Assembly: GCA_046538485.1 (NCBI GenBank)
Contig: JBKHIT010000015.1
Coordinates: 1 to 64,000, forward strand
Source: Candidatus Brocadiia bacterium
GTDB taxonomy: Bacteria; Planctomycetota; Brocadiia; SM23-32
Direction of reading: 5' to 3'
DNA length: 64,000 bases
Positions within the stretch are counted from its first letter, which is position 1. Each line of letters begins with the position of its first letter. The notes under the pieces are model-generated. The model was not told where the DNA came from and made no database searches. It saw only the letters and a program-made list of their open reading frames with translations. A program made the translations under genes and the position numbers. Below, piece after piece: positions 10,614-20,241 of this stretch.

Positions 10614-10642
10614 ACTATAGCAGTCACTCTACAATAATGCAA
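10614..10642 (-). promoter_or_regulatory. Sigma70-like promoter for the regulator-prepilin operon
   Basis: TTGCAT-17 nt-TATAGT with TGn extension. Confidence 0.55.
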
Positions 10643-10726
10643 GAAAAAAAGCTCTGGTTTGTGTTGCAGAATCAAACCCGGGGATGCCCCTTAAAATGGA
10701 TCGCCTGCCGCAAAGGATTTGTTGGG

Positions 10727-11521
10727 TTAGTTGGCCGACTTCTTCTGGCACCTGGGACAGAAATAACTGCTTCGCTGGTTGATTTTGACGCGTTTGATTT
10801 TTGTACCACACCGGGGACATGGTTCGCCGATACCTCGCGCGTGGACGAGCCACGATTTCGGGAAAGTTCGGGCGTCCGACCCGAGATCAATTGCGGTCTG
10901 CAGCACACGCTGCATCGTTTCATACAGGTCTGTCAGCTGGGTTTCGTCCAGTTCATCAAGCGTGATTTCGGGATGCCATCCGGATTGGAAGATGATTTCG
11001 TCGGCGTAGACGTTCCCGATTCCTGCTATAACTGACTGGTTCATCAGCACGCTTTTGAGTCGCCCCTTTCGTTGGCTCAGTAAGTCAACAAAGGCGGGTT
11101 CATCGATGCGGAGGGCGTCGGGGCCCAGTTCCTGTTCTTCCACGAACTCAGAGGGGTTTTCAGTCAATGATACGCGGCCAAGTTTTCGCTGGCAGACGTA
11201 GGCGAGTCTTGATCCGTTTTCAAAGTGGAAGGTGATCTGCGCATGTTGCGGAGGTGCCGAACCGGAGCGGGAGTAGTCGAGGTTACCGGTCATCCCGAAG
11301 TGCAATCGCAACCAGGAGGGACTCGTTGTGCGGACCAGCAGGTTTTTGCCATGCCTGTGAGTTTTTTCGAATCTTTGTCCTTTAAGTGCTTGTCCCAATC
11401 CTTGAGGCGAAGTGTTTTTCAGCACGTAGGTGTCGCCGGTTGTAATCCTTTCGACAGTTTGATGGAGCGATGTGGCGTCAAAATAGCGTTTCATGGCGGT
11501 CAGATCGGGTAATTCAGGCAT
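10727..11521 (-). CDS. Fpg/Nei family DNA glycosylase
   Basis: N-terminal MPELP; HFGMTG; H2TH LMNQ..IAGIGNVYADE; CPRC...CPRCQ Zn finger. Confidence 0.93.
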   Translation of the reverse strand: MPELPDLTAMKRYFDATSLHQTVERITTGDTYVLKNTSPQGLGQALKGQRFEKTHRHGKNLLVRTTSPSWLRLHFGMTGNLDYSRSGSAPPQHAQITFHFENGSRLAYVCQRKLGRVSLTENPSEFVEEQELGPDALRIDEPAFVDLLSQRKGRLKSVLMNQSVIAGIGNVYADEIIFQSGWHPEITLDELDETQLTDLYETMQRVLQTAIDLGSDARTFPKSWLVHARGIGEPCPRCGTKIKRVKINQRSSYFCPRCQKKSAN

Positions 11522-11725
11522 CAGGAGCAACCATCCTTTCTGTTGGATTGTAACGATGGTTTTGGTCGGTATAGTTGTAACGGGCGGTCAAAGCGGTCTG
11601 TTAACATGACTTTCGGTTTGGATCAAGGTGTAACTCGCGATTGAGAAGTTGGTGATAAGCCTTTACCATTATAGTTGGAAGCGGGTTGTCCGCTTCACTC
11701 CTCCGCATTAAGGAAGGAGCTTCTC

Positions 11726-12154
11726 ATGGCGCAAGCGCAAGACGGTGATACGGTAAAGGTTCATTATCGAGGCACGCTGGATAATGGGCAGGCATTCGAT
11801 GATTCTCATCAGGGTGATCCCTTTGAGTTCACCATTGGCAACGAGGAAGTAATCCCGGGATTTGAAGAGGCTGTGCGTGGCATGAGCCCTGAAGAAGAGA
11901 AGACTATTACCATTGAAGCTGCTGAAGCTTATGGTCCACGACGAGATGACCTGGTAATGGAAGTGGATAGGAGCAATTTTCAGGAAGATGCTGATTTCGA
12001 GGTAGGCCACCGTGTTCAGATTCAACCAGAAGAAGGTCAGCAGTTCGTTGCCATGATTACGAATTTGTCGGAAGACAGCGTGACTCTCGATGCCAATCAT
12101 CCGCTGGCGGGACAGGATTTGACATTTGAAGTTGAACTGTTGGAGATTGCGTAG
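11726..12154 (+). CDS. slyD: FKBP-type peptidyl-prolyl isomerase (SlyD-like, no His tail)
   Basis: VKVHYRGTL; VIPGFEE; AYG; LDANHPLAGQDLTFEV; AAGGAG RBS. Confidence 0.9.
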   Translation: MAQAQDGDTVKVHYRGTLDNGQAFDDSHQGDPFEFTIGNEEVIPGFEEAVRGMSPEEEKTITIEAAEAYGPRRDDLVMEVDRSNFQEDADFEVGHRVQIQPEEGQQFVAMITNLSEDSVTLDANHPLAGQDLTFEVELLEIA

Positions 12155-12390
12155 CCCCAGGAGTTTCTCCTGTGCGTGCCCGAAAATTTGAGGAAACACC
12201 GCACATTTGTCTACGAAGAGAGCCATTCCAGCCGGTGAATGATCTCCGCTGGAAAACCCGGGACTTTGTTTGCTAAGTTGTCCCGGAGCCCCTATCCTTA
12301 TAGCAGAGTGTTGATTTTTGACGGATTCCTGCGGGACCCGACGTTCAATGGCATTGTCGCGTTCCGTGGTAAGACAGCATGGAGGCAGTT

Positions 12391-12645
12391 ATGCCTGAAG
12401 GTACAGTGAAGTGGTTCGATGCGAACAAGGGTTTTGGTTTTATCGAGCTCGAAGGCTCGGAAGACGATGCTTTCGTCCATCATAGCGACATTGAGATGGA
12501 AGGGTTCGCGACTCTTGAAGAGGGACAGAAGGTGTCCTATGAAATCAAGGAGAGCGAAAAAGGCCCCCGGGCCGTTAATGTAAAACCGCTCGACCAGGGC
12601 GGTGCGGCCAGCGAGGAAAGTTCAGGGTTCGCCGTCGATTTTTGA
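12391..12645 (+). CDS. Cold-shock protein with acidic C-terminal extension
   Basis: [37 protein letters not shown]. Confidence 0.94.
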   Translation: MPEGTVKWFDANKGFGFIELEGSEDDAFVHHSDIEMEGFATLEEGQKVSYEIKESEKGPRAVNVKPLDQGGAASEESSGFAVDF

Positions 12646-12754
12646 GCCCGGATCTATGTTGATGCCCTGACTTCGGGTCGGAAATATTCCGATTGATTTG
12701 GGGCAAAATCGGACTTGAGATTCTTGCCCCAATCTGTCGGGGGATGGATAGAGT

Positions 12755-14854
12755 ATGCCGTTGCTTATTGTCGAATCGCCTACGAAAGTAAAGACGCTTG
12801 CCAGAATACTGAAGGGGGATTGGGATTTTGCGGTTACCCGGGGGCATCTTTACGATCTTCCCGAGGACGAAATGGGGATCGACGAGGATTATCAGCCGAA
12901 CTGGAGTCCGTTGAAAGGGGCTTCTGTGGGATCGATCCGCCAGGCAGCAAAGGGACAGAAAGAAATTTATGTGGCTTCCGACCCGGACCGGGAGGGGGAG
13001 GCCATAGCCTGGCAAGTAGAAAATCTGGTCCTGAAACGGAAAGATACCCGGCGTGTCCGGCTTGAATCCCTGACCAAAGAAGAAGTCCAGGAACAATTGG
13101 CTCAAAAGGGGCAGACAGATCAAAGTCTCGTGCAGGCTCAATGGGCGCGCCGCGTGCTCGATCGTCTGGCGGGGTACAAAATAAGTCCTTTTCTGATAAA
13201 AGCTTTCAAAGGGAAAAGGCTATCGGCCGGGCGGGTGCAAAGCGCGGTGCTGGCGAAGATCGTCGAGCGCTGGGACGCCGTCGAGGATTTTGAACCGGAA
13301 GCATTTTTTAACCTCCAGGTGCAGCTGCAGCCTGAAAAGGGCACATTGGAGGAACCACTGCTGGTAAAGCTCGTCAGGATAGATGGTGATACGATCGGAA
13401 CGGGGGACGAGGATAAGTTATTGAAGGATCGTGAGCTGGCCGACTCGCTCTTTGAAGCTATTGATAACAATGGGCTTATTTTGCAAGACCGGGAAGAGAA
13501 ATTGACACGGTCCAAACCGGGGTTTCCTTTTGATAGTTCCGAGATGTTGCGTCGGGCTTCGAGCTGGTTCGGGTGGCCGGCTAAAAAAACAATGAAAGTT
13601 GCCCAGGCTCTGTATGAAAAGGGGCTTATTACCTATCATCGCTCCGATTCGACCCGACTGTCGAAGTCCGCATGTAAACAGGCTGCGGTTTTTGTGAAAA
13701 AAGAATACGGGGAGGAATTCCATCAATGGCGCGGAGGGGGCGGGGGGGATCAGGAAGGTCACGAAGCAATACGCTCGAAGAGCCCCTTTCTGAAACCCGA
13801 TGACCTGCACTCTGTCTCACGGGACCAGTTCACACTTTATTCCGCCATCTGGCAGCGGTACGTCCAATCCCAAATGAAATTGGCTGAGTGGAACACTCTA
13901 AAATTCGAATTCAAGATTCCTGATATCGATGGAGATGTTGTTTTCCAATCGACCGAGAAGACGATCAAAGAATGGGGTTTTTTCCGCTGCCAGCGCCCGG
14001 GCGAGACACCGATTCCGGAACGTGAACGTTCTGCTGCCGATTTCGAGCAGCTAAAAAAAAGCGGGGATTACCGTGTGGTTGAGACGGAACTGGAGGAGTC
14101 CAAGACACGAGGTCCTTCGCTTTATACCGAAGGAAGCCTGATTGCTATGATGAAACAGGAGGGGATCGGGCGTCCTTCGACGTATGCTGCGACGATTGAA
14201 CGGCTCCGCAGCCGCGAATACATAAGAGACGAAGGGAAATACGTCGAGCCGACCTCTCGCGGCCGGGATGTGTGCCGGTTTTTGAAACGATCAGTTCCCG
14301 CCATATGTACGGTTGAACTCACTGAATCGATGGAACGAACGCTGGACAAAATTGCTGCCGGGGAAGAGGACTGGCAGGGATTTGTCCGGGGATTCGATGA
14401 GGATCTGGAGTCGTGGTTGGAGAAAGGCAAGGGCGTTGAGCCGGAAGGAACGGCTGAAGGGTTTAAAGAAGAACTGGACTTCGAAGTTTGCCCCCGCTGC
14501 GGCAGCAAACTGGTTTTGCGGAAAGGCCGCTATGGAATGTTCGTTCATTGCACAGCAGAAGATTGCGATTTTTCCTCAAACCCGCCGGCCAAAACCTATA
14601 TCTGCCCCAAATGTGGGCGTCATATGGTGAAGAAAAAGGGCAAAAAATCAACGGTCTACCACTGTATTGCTGCTCCGGAATGTGATGGGAAACGACCGGT
14701 GGGTAAGCCGAATATGACTTACGAGGAATTTCAGAAGAATGCTCCGAAATGCCCCGAATGCGGGGCGCCCATGGACCGGCGGAAAGGGCGATACGGATAT
14801 TTCTGGGGATGCACTAAGTATCCGAAGTGCAAAGGGACGGTTTCGATTAGTTGA
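12755..14854 (+). CDS. topA: Type IA DNA topoisomerase with C-terminal Zn-ribbons
   Basis: IVESPTK and DPDREGE Toprim; SAGRVQS; catalytic LITYHRSDS; HEAIR; GIGRPSTY; three C4 Zn-ribbon repeats. Confidence 0.9.
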   Translation: MPLLIVESPTKVKTLARILKGDWDFAVTRGHLYDLPEDEMGIDEDYQPNWSPLKGASVGSIRQAAKGQKEIYVASDPDREGEAIAWQVENLVLKRKDTRRVRLESLTKEEVQEQLAQKGQTDQSLVQAQWARRVLDRLAGYKISPFLIKAFKGKRLSAGRVQSAVLAKIVERWDAVEDFEPEAFFNLQVQLQPEKGTLEEPLLVKLVRIDGDTIGTGDEDKLLKDRELADSLFEAIDNNGLILQDREEKLTRSKPGFPFDSSEMLRRASSWFGWPAKKTMKVAQALYEKGLITYHRSDSTRLSKSACKQAAVFVKKEYGEEFHQWRGGGGGDQEGHEAIRSKSPFLKPDDLHSVSRDQFTLYSAIWQRYVQSQMKLAEWNTLKFEFKIPDIDGDVVFQSTEKTIKEWGFFRCQRPGETPIPERERSAADFEQLKKSGDYRVVETELEESKTRGPSLYTEGSLIAMMKQEGIGRPSTYAATIERLRSREYIRDEGKYVEPTSRGRDVCRFLKRSVPAICTVELTESMERTLDKIAAGEEDWQGFVRGFDEDLESWLEKGKGVEPEGTAEGFKEELDFEVCPRCGSKLVLRKGRYGMFVHCTAEDCDFSSNPPAKTYICPKCGRHMVKKKGKKSTVYHCIAAPECDGKRPVGKPNMTYEEFQKNAPKCPECGAPMDRRKGRYGYFWGCTKYPKCKGTVSIS

Positions 14855-14958
14855 GTGTCTGTGTGATGGGAACGGCGACAGAGACTCGATTGGCGCATAA
14901 GATCGCACGAAGCAGGAATGCAGAATCTGCCAAAGATTTTGGCCCTCGGGCCAGTTTT

Positions 14959-16209
14959 TTAGATACCGTAGATATCGAGCGCGTTGGTGTAAAGCAGACG
15001 TTCGGCGATATCGGCCGCGTCGTCAATCGCGAGAAAACCTTCATCGACCATCCCGCCCAGAGCGTGAGCGAGGCGGTTTTTAGTCACGAGAAGTTTTCCG
15101 TAGATCCATTCGACGATATAGCCATCGCTGAAGAAGGCGTTCCAGGTTGTGTTGGGGAGAATTTCCAGCCGATCGCGGAAGAACTGTGTCATTGTGCTGG
15201 GGGTGAACGCATGCCACCATGCGCCGCTGACACTGAGATTGGGATAAAAACGGGCCAGGTTGGCGGCTTCATGGCTCGGGACGGCTGTGCCGAGAAACAG
15301 ATCGAACCGCGTGTCGGGATGATCGTCAAAATGCCGCGTCAGAGATCTCAGAAAATCTGGATTGTAGTAAGTGGCCTGTGCGGCACCGGAATAATCAATT
15401 GAGCCGTGGAAGAGCTGTATGACCATGTCATATTCGGCCGCGGCTTCAGCGCTAGCGTCAGCTGAGAAACTCATCAGTTCGTTCAATTTGTCCGGTTGCA
15501 GGCGTCTGCCGCTTCGAACGGCTTGAATCGTATTATCGACACTTCGAGGTGCGGGTGGGGTGTAGTTCCAGCTACCACGGGGCCAGACGTGAAGGGCTTC
15601 GCAGTTTTGCTTCTCTCTGAGCCAGCGCACTTTTCGATTAATGGCAACGCGGAGCTCATCGGCAGACTTGGGGATTTCTTCATCTTCGCCAACGATATTG
15701 CGGAATCGCTGGATGCTGCAGGCGGCGTAAAGCGGCTCTCCGTAATGGTAAGGGACGTATCGTTCGGTCTCGTCGGGCATCCCGTCTTTCCAGTTCACGA
15801 GAACACGCTCGATTTGCGCGCGGTCCAGAACCGTTGCAATCCAATCAGGGTCATTAGCGTTTGCCCGCACTTCATCGTCGATAGCTTCCCAGTTGTCGCG
15901 TGTCAGCGTATTGTCTTCAAACCCATAGAGGTCCCGCAGAATGCCCACGAACGCGTAATGATTGGATGTATTACGGATGGCCGGAAAATAGGGCAGGATT
16001 TCCCGAATATAATGCGTGGGATTTTCAACGGGGGAATTGTCGGGTTTTTCGCCTGCGGCGCGGACCAATTCCCACTGGAGCCAGTGATATGAGATGATAT
16101 CGGCCAGGGAGCGGGCCTGTCGCAGCCCGCCACCGCCGAGGTGAGTGTGGACATCGGAAATTTCCATCTGGTCCAAACGGGTACGTAGAGTTCCGGTGTT
16201 TTGGGACAT
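14959..16209 (-). CDS. Amidohydrolase-superfamily protein, uronate isomerase (UxaC)-like
   Basis: DVHTH metal motif; YHWL; QLFHG; AWWHAF; FFSDGY. Confidence 0.65.
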   Translation of the reverse strand: MSQNTGTLRTRLDQMEISDVHTHLGGGGLRQARSLADIISYHWLQWELVRAAGEKPDNSPVENPTHYIREILPYFPAIRNTSNHYAFVGILRDLYGFEDNTLTRDNWEAIDDEVRANANDPDWIATVLDRAQIERVLVNWKDGMPDETERYVPYHYGEPLYAACSIQRFRNIVGEDEEIPKSADELRVAINRKVRWLREKQNCEALHVWPRGSWNYTPPAPRSVDNTIQAVRSGRRLQPDKLNELMSFSADASAEAAAEYDMVIQLFHGSIDYSGAAQATYYNPDFLRSLTRHFDDHPDTRFDLFLGTAVPSHEAANLARFYPNLSVSGAWWHAFTPSTMTQFFRDRLEILPNTTWNAFFSDGYIVEWIYGKLLVTKNRLAHALGGMVDEGFLAIDDAADIAERLLYTNALDIYGI

Positions 16210-16240
16210 AAGGCGTAACTCCTGAATTCATTTCCCTGTT

Positions 16241-18364
16241 TCAGGATTCTTCGGAATCTTCCGCATGTTTTTCCTCAAGGATTTCTTCAGCGATGTGGTC
16301 GGGCACCCGTTCATAGCGTTCAAATCGCATATCGAAATTCCCCCGTCCGGCGGTGATACTGCGCAGTTCGGTGGCGTAGCCGAACATCTCGGCGAGAGGT
16401 GCTATCGCCTGTACAAGTTGTGTATCCGTCCCGCTGCGGGATTCGATGCCGGTGATACGTCCACGACGGGAACAGATACTGCCGGTGACGGCGCCGCTGT
16501 GCTCTTCGGGTGTGATAACGTTGAGCGAGCTGACCGGTTCGAGAAGTTTAGGATTTCCTCTCTGGAAGGCGCGGTTGAATGCGTCATGAGCGCATTTATG
16601 GAAGGCCATCTCCGAAGAATCTACTTCATGATATGAACCATCTTCGAGTCGGACCGCTAAATCCACCACGGGTGTGCCAGCATGGGCGCCTTCAGCCATT
16701 GCCTTAACAACACCGCGTTCGACGGCCGGAATGTATTCTTTCGGCACATTCCCCCCGCGAATGTCGTCGCTGAATTCAAACCCTTCTCCGGGCGCGAGTG
16801 GTTCCAGCTTCAGCACCACGTGGGCGTACTGCCCGTGTCCTCCGGTTTGTTTGACGAGTTTATGGTCGATCTCGGCGGGCTGTGTGATAGTTTCCCGATA
16901 GGCCACGCGCGGTTCGCCGACTTCCGGCTGAACTTTGAACTCGCGTTTGAGTCTTTCTATCAGAATCTCAAGGTGAAGTTGTCCCATGCCGCTGATAATT
17001 GTTTCGTCGGTTTCGTCATTATATTTTACGGTGAAAGTTGGGTCTTCTTCTGAGAGGCGTCCCAGAGCATCGAGAAGTTTATCACGCTCGGCGGCGGAGG
17101 GTGGCGAAACACTGACCGAGAGGACGGGGGCGGGGAATTCGATGTTCTCCAGTATCACCGGTGAATCTTCGGTCGAGAGAGAATCGCCCGTGGTTGTATC
17201 TTTAAGTCCCACGGCGACGCCGATTTCCCCGCAGTAAAGTGCATCCCGTTGCTCGCGGTGATCGGCATGCATGAGCATAAGCCGGCTAACGCGTTGCGTT
17301 TTCTCTTTTGTGGCGTTGTAAACGTAACTGCCGACTTCGAATTTCCCGGAATAGACGCGCAGGTAGACCATTTTGCCGACGTGCTGGTCGGTAACCACTT
17401 TGAAGGCAAGAGCCGCCAGTTCATCGTTGCTGTTGTGGTAGCGTTCAACCTCTTCTTTATTTTTATCACAAAACCCGATGACCGGCGGGAGGTCCTTTGG
17501 CGAGGGGAGGTAGTCGACAACACAGTCCATCAACCGTTGGACACCTTTGTTTTTGAGGGCTGATCCGCAGAGTACAGGAACCGATTTGCCGGCCAGGGTT
17601 GACTGCCGCAGGGCCTTGCGGATCTCTGCCGGTTCTATCGGTTGGTTCAGGCAATATTTTTCAAAAAGTTCCTCATCCTGGTCGCTGACGCTCTGGATAA
17701 GATGGTCTCGCCAGGTGGCATAGATAGGCGAATCTTCGGGCGTGACCGGTTCTTCATGATAGGTTTCACCGAGATCTTCATGGTTGTAGTAAACGCGTTT
17801 TTCGGCAATCAGATCAATAATGCCGATGAATTCGGTATTTTCATAGAGGGGAACGATAATGGGAACAGGATGAGCGGCCAGGCGATCCTCGATTTCATTG
17901 ACCACACGTTCGAAATCGGCTCCAACGCGATCCATTTTGTTGATGAAAGCGATGGCGGGCACGTCGTATTTTTCCTTCTGGTGCCAGACGACCTCCGATT
18001 GTGGCTCGACGCCGCCAACTCCGCAAAAAAGGGCGATCACGCCGTCCAACACCCGCAGCGAACGTTCCACTTCCACTGTAAAATCAACATGGCCCGGGGT
18101 GTCGATCAGATTAATACGATGGTCGCGCCAGTAGGTGGTGGTTGCGGCGCTTGCAATCGTGATGCCACGTTCACGTTCCTGGTCCATCCAGTCCATCGTT
18201 GCATTACCGTCATCAACACTGCCCATACGATGGGTGCGTCCGGTGTAGTAGAGCATGCGCTCCGCTACGGTTGTTTTCCCGGCATCGATATGGGCCATGA
18301 TGCCGATATTGCGCACGCGGTCAAGATCGATGGATTCTTCGTTTTCGGTCGCTGGAGTACTCAT
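16241..18364 (-). CDS. fusA: Elongation factor G (standalone paralog)
   Basis: RNIGIMAHIDAGKTT; ERGITI; DTPGHVDF; NKMD; KQTGGHGQY; YHEVDSS; start uncertain (18364 or 18415). Confidence 0.95.
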   Translation of the reverse strand: MSTPATENEESIDLDRVRNIGIMAHIDAGKTTVAERMLYYTGRTHRMGSVDDGNATMDWMDQERERGITIASAATTTYWRDHRINLIDTPGHVDFTVEVERSLRVLDGVIALFCGVGGVEPQSEVVWHQKEKYDVPAIAFINKMDRVGADFERVVNEIEDRLAAHPVPIIVPLYENTEFIGIIDLIAEKRVYYNHEDLGETYHEEPVTPEDSPIYATWRDHLIQSVSDQDEELFEKYCLNQPIEPAEIRKALRQSTLAGKSVPVLCGSALKNKGVQRLMDCVVDYLPSPKDLPPVIGFCDKNKEEVERYHNSNDELAALAFKVVTDQHVGKMVYLRVYSGKFEVGSYVYNATKEKTQRVSRLMLMHADHREQRDALYCGEIGVAVGLKDTTTGDSLSTEDSPVILENIEFPAPVLSVSVSPPSAAERDKLLDALGRLSEEDPTFTVKYNDETDETIISGMGQLHLEILIERLKREFKVQPEVGEPRVAYRETITQPAEIDHKLVKQTGGHGQYAHVVLKLEPLAPGEGFEFSDDIRGGNVPKEYIPAVERGVVKAMAEGAHAGTPVVDLAVRLEDGSYHEVDSSEMAFHKCAHDAFNRAFQRGNPKLLEPVSSLNVITPEEHSGAVTGSICSRRGRITGIESRSGTDTQLVQAIAPLAEMFGYATELRSITAGRGNFDMRFERYERVPDHIAEEILEEKHAEDSEES

Positions 18365-18516
18365 AAGGTTAGGGTCTTCGGAAAAAATGTGCGGGCTCGT
18401 TGATTTGCGAGGCATATGCGGAGCGGGTTGAAACGGCTCAGGTTATACGGGGAGATCCGTAAAAACTGCAGGTAACGACAGGAAAGAAAATTTCCCTATG
18501 CCCCGAAGAATAACTC

Positions 18517-18545
18517 AGTATAAGCAAAATGGGAGGAAAATGCAA
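18517..18545 (-). promoter_or_regulatory. Sigma70-like promoter of fusA
   Basis: TTGCAT-17 nt-TATACT. Confidence 0.5.
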
Positions 18546-18561
18546 ATATTTTCTGCAGCCC

Positions 18562-18657
18562 AAGGAATTTGCGCTGTCGGTCTTTTCGGTAGCCGATAGC
18601 CGGACATTTCCCAAAAATCCCGGCGGACTCTGCCCTTGGTCCGGGCGCAAATTCCTT
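18562..18657. mobile_element. 96-bp MITE-like element A, copy 1
   Basis: Ends AAGGAATTTGCG/CGCAAATTCCTT; a similar 96-bp copy is at 33874-33969. Confidence 0.75.
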
Positions 18658-18749
18658 AATTTTCCTTCGGAACAGAATGCTGGATTCAGCCATCCCGGAT
18701 CCCGTTCCGTGATTTGACACATAAGCAGGCGGGAGTTCAGAACGCCCAC

Positions 18750-19257
18750 TATCAGTCAACAGATCTCCCTGTGGTATAGCGTTACCAAGACCCAGCCAAT
18801 TCGCGTGGTGGTGGCCAAGCATAAAAACCTGCGTGAACCTTACATGTATCTTCTGTGCACTGATGCGGACTGGGAGGCCGAGGGGATCCTCTCTACCTGC
18901 GCGCGGCGGCGGTCGATAGAGATCGTGATCCGTGATGCCAAACAGCATGCAGGCCTGGGGGATGCTCAATGTCGCAATCCCCGGGCCGTGGAGCGGCAGC
19001 CGGTTTTCACGCTGGCGATGATGTCGCTGGTTATGGCGTGGTATATCGGGCAAGGACACGTCAGCGACCGCTCGGTAATGATGCCATGGTATCGGCATAA
19101 ACGTGGCCCTACGTTTGTGAACATGCTCAATCACGCTCGCAGGCAAAGCGTTGCCCAAACAGTTTTTGGCAACTCACCTCGTTGACCAGACATCACAGAA
19201 AACCTTGAGGCTATCCTGCACTACTTGGAGGCCGCAGCATGAATCGCGAAACTATAG
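18750..19257 (+). pseudogene. DDE transposase C-terminal remnant (IS4/IS701-like)
   Basis: LLCTD...RRRSIEIVIRDAKQHAGLG..QCR; PWYRHK..PTF; in-frame stop at 19183, end at 19242; IR-like GCGAAACTATAG. Confidence 0.75.
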
Positions 19258-19258
19258 A

Positions 19259-19532
19259 CTAGTGGTCCGTTCCACTTGATTTTGTGCGTTCAGCCGTTCG
19301 TCGGCGGTTCAGAAGCAAGGCGCAGTGAGAAGTTCGCCCCAAACGGGTCCACGCCGAACTGCAACGCCGCAGATGCGCCGCCGCCGTCCGGCCCGTAGGG
19401 AGCAATTCTGCCGGGTCATTTCTTCGTTGCGGCTTCGCAGGGACCCGTCTGGGTCACCTTTGGCGCCGCGCCTCGAACTGACCTCGGCAGAATTGCTCTG
19501 AACCCACAACATCAAGTGTCATGAACCACCAG
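19259..19532 (-). mobile_element. 274-bp MITE B, copy 1 (degenerate TIRs)
   Basis: Inverted homolog of 41512-41785 with the same length; CTAG/CCAG ends. Confidence 0.85.
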
Positions 19533-19598
19533 GTCTCCACGTATCCGGGATGCCACGCAGATGCAAGGGGTTATCGCCGAGCGCGCCCTGCCGTTCAT

Positions 19599-19664
19599 TG
19601 CCCTGAAAGGGCAGTATATAACAGCCCGGGGTGACGGGGGCCGCAGGCCCTCGGAGCCCTGGGG
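19599..19664. repeat. REP-like palindromic unit
   Basis: TGCCCT-GAA-AGGGCA hairpin followed by AGCCCGGGG...CCCTGGGG. Confidence 0.45.
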
Positions 19665-19891
19665 TACAGGTGTGCATTGAGAAAAAGTGGCCTGAAGGCC
19701 CACCACAAAACTGCTGCGTCTTGCGGCACGAGACATTTCCCGCAACCCCGGGATGTCGGCGGTACCGGCCCGTGTGGATGTCCCGCGCGCCAGCGGAACG
19801 CTGTGGATTGCGGTGCGTTAAATTGGGCCGGAGGCGCGTTTTACTCACCGCTGTGTCGTTCCGAAAAACGTCGGATTCAGTCTCATCGTAA

Positions 19892-20032
19892 GTATTCGGC
19901 AAACCACGTCTGGGAGCAGACCCACAGGTGCTTAGCTGTATATCGTTGCCACGAACGCGGGCGTCCCCCGCCCGCACGCCGTCGATGGGAACGAGACATC
20001 CGCGTTCCTTGGAAACGTGGTTTACCGAATAC
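19892..20032. mobile_element. About 141-bp MITE-like element C
   Basis: 18-bp inverted ends GTATTCGGCAAACCACGT / ACGTGGTTTACCGAATAC (one mismatch); TA on both flanks. Confidence 0.55.
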
Positions 20033-20241
20033 GTAATCTTCCCTCACAGTAGCACTGGCTGGACATTGTAACACTTCTTGTTCTCGTAAATTCTTAAGCC
20101 TTAACGGCATGCGCCGTTTTATATAGCCTGCATCCGTAAGATGCAGGCTCGCAGCCCTGTTGTTTTGATACAAACCCTCCAATCAGCTACCATGCTCTGT
20201 CTCGAATCAGTTCACTTCGGCGCTCGGGTTTGGAGGACGAA

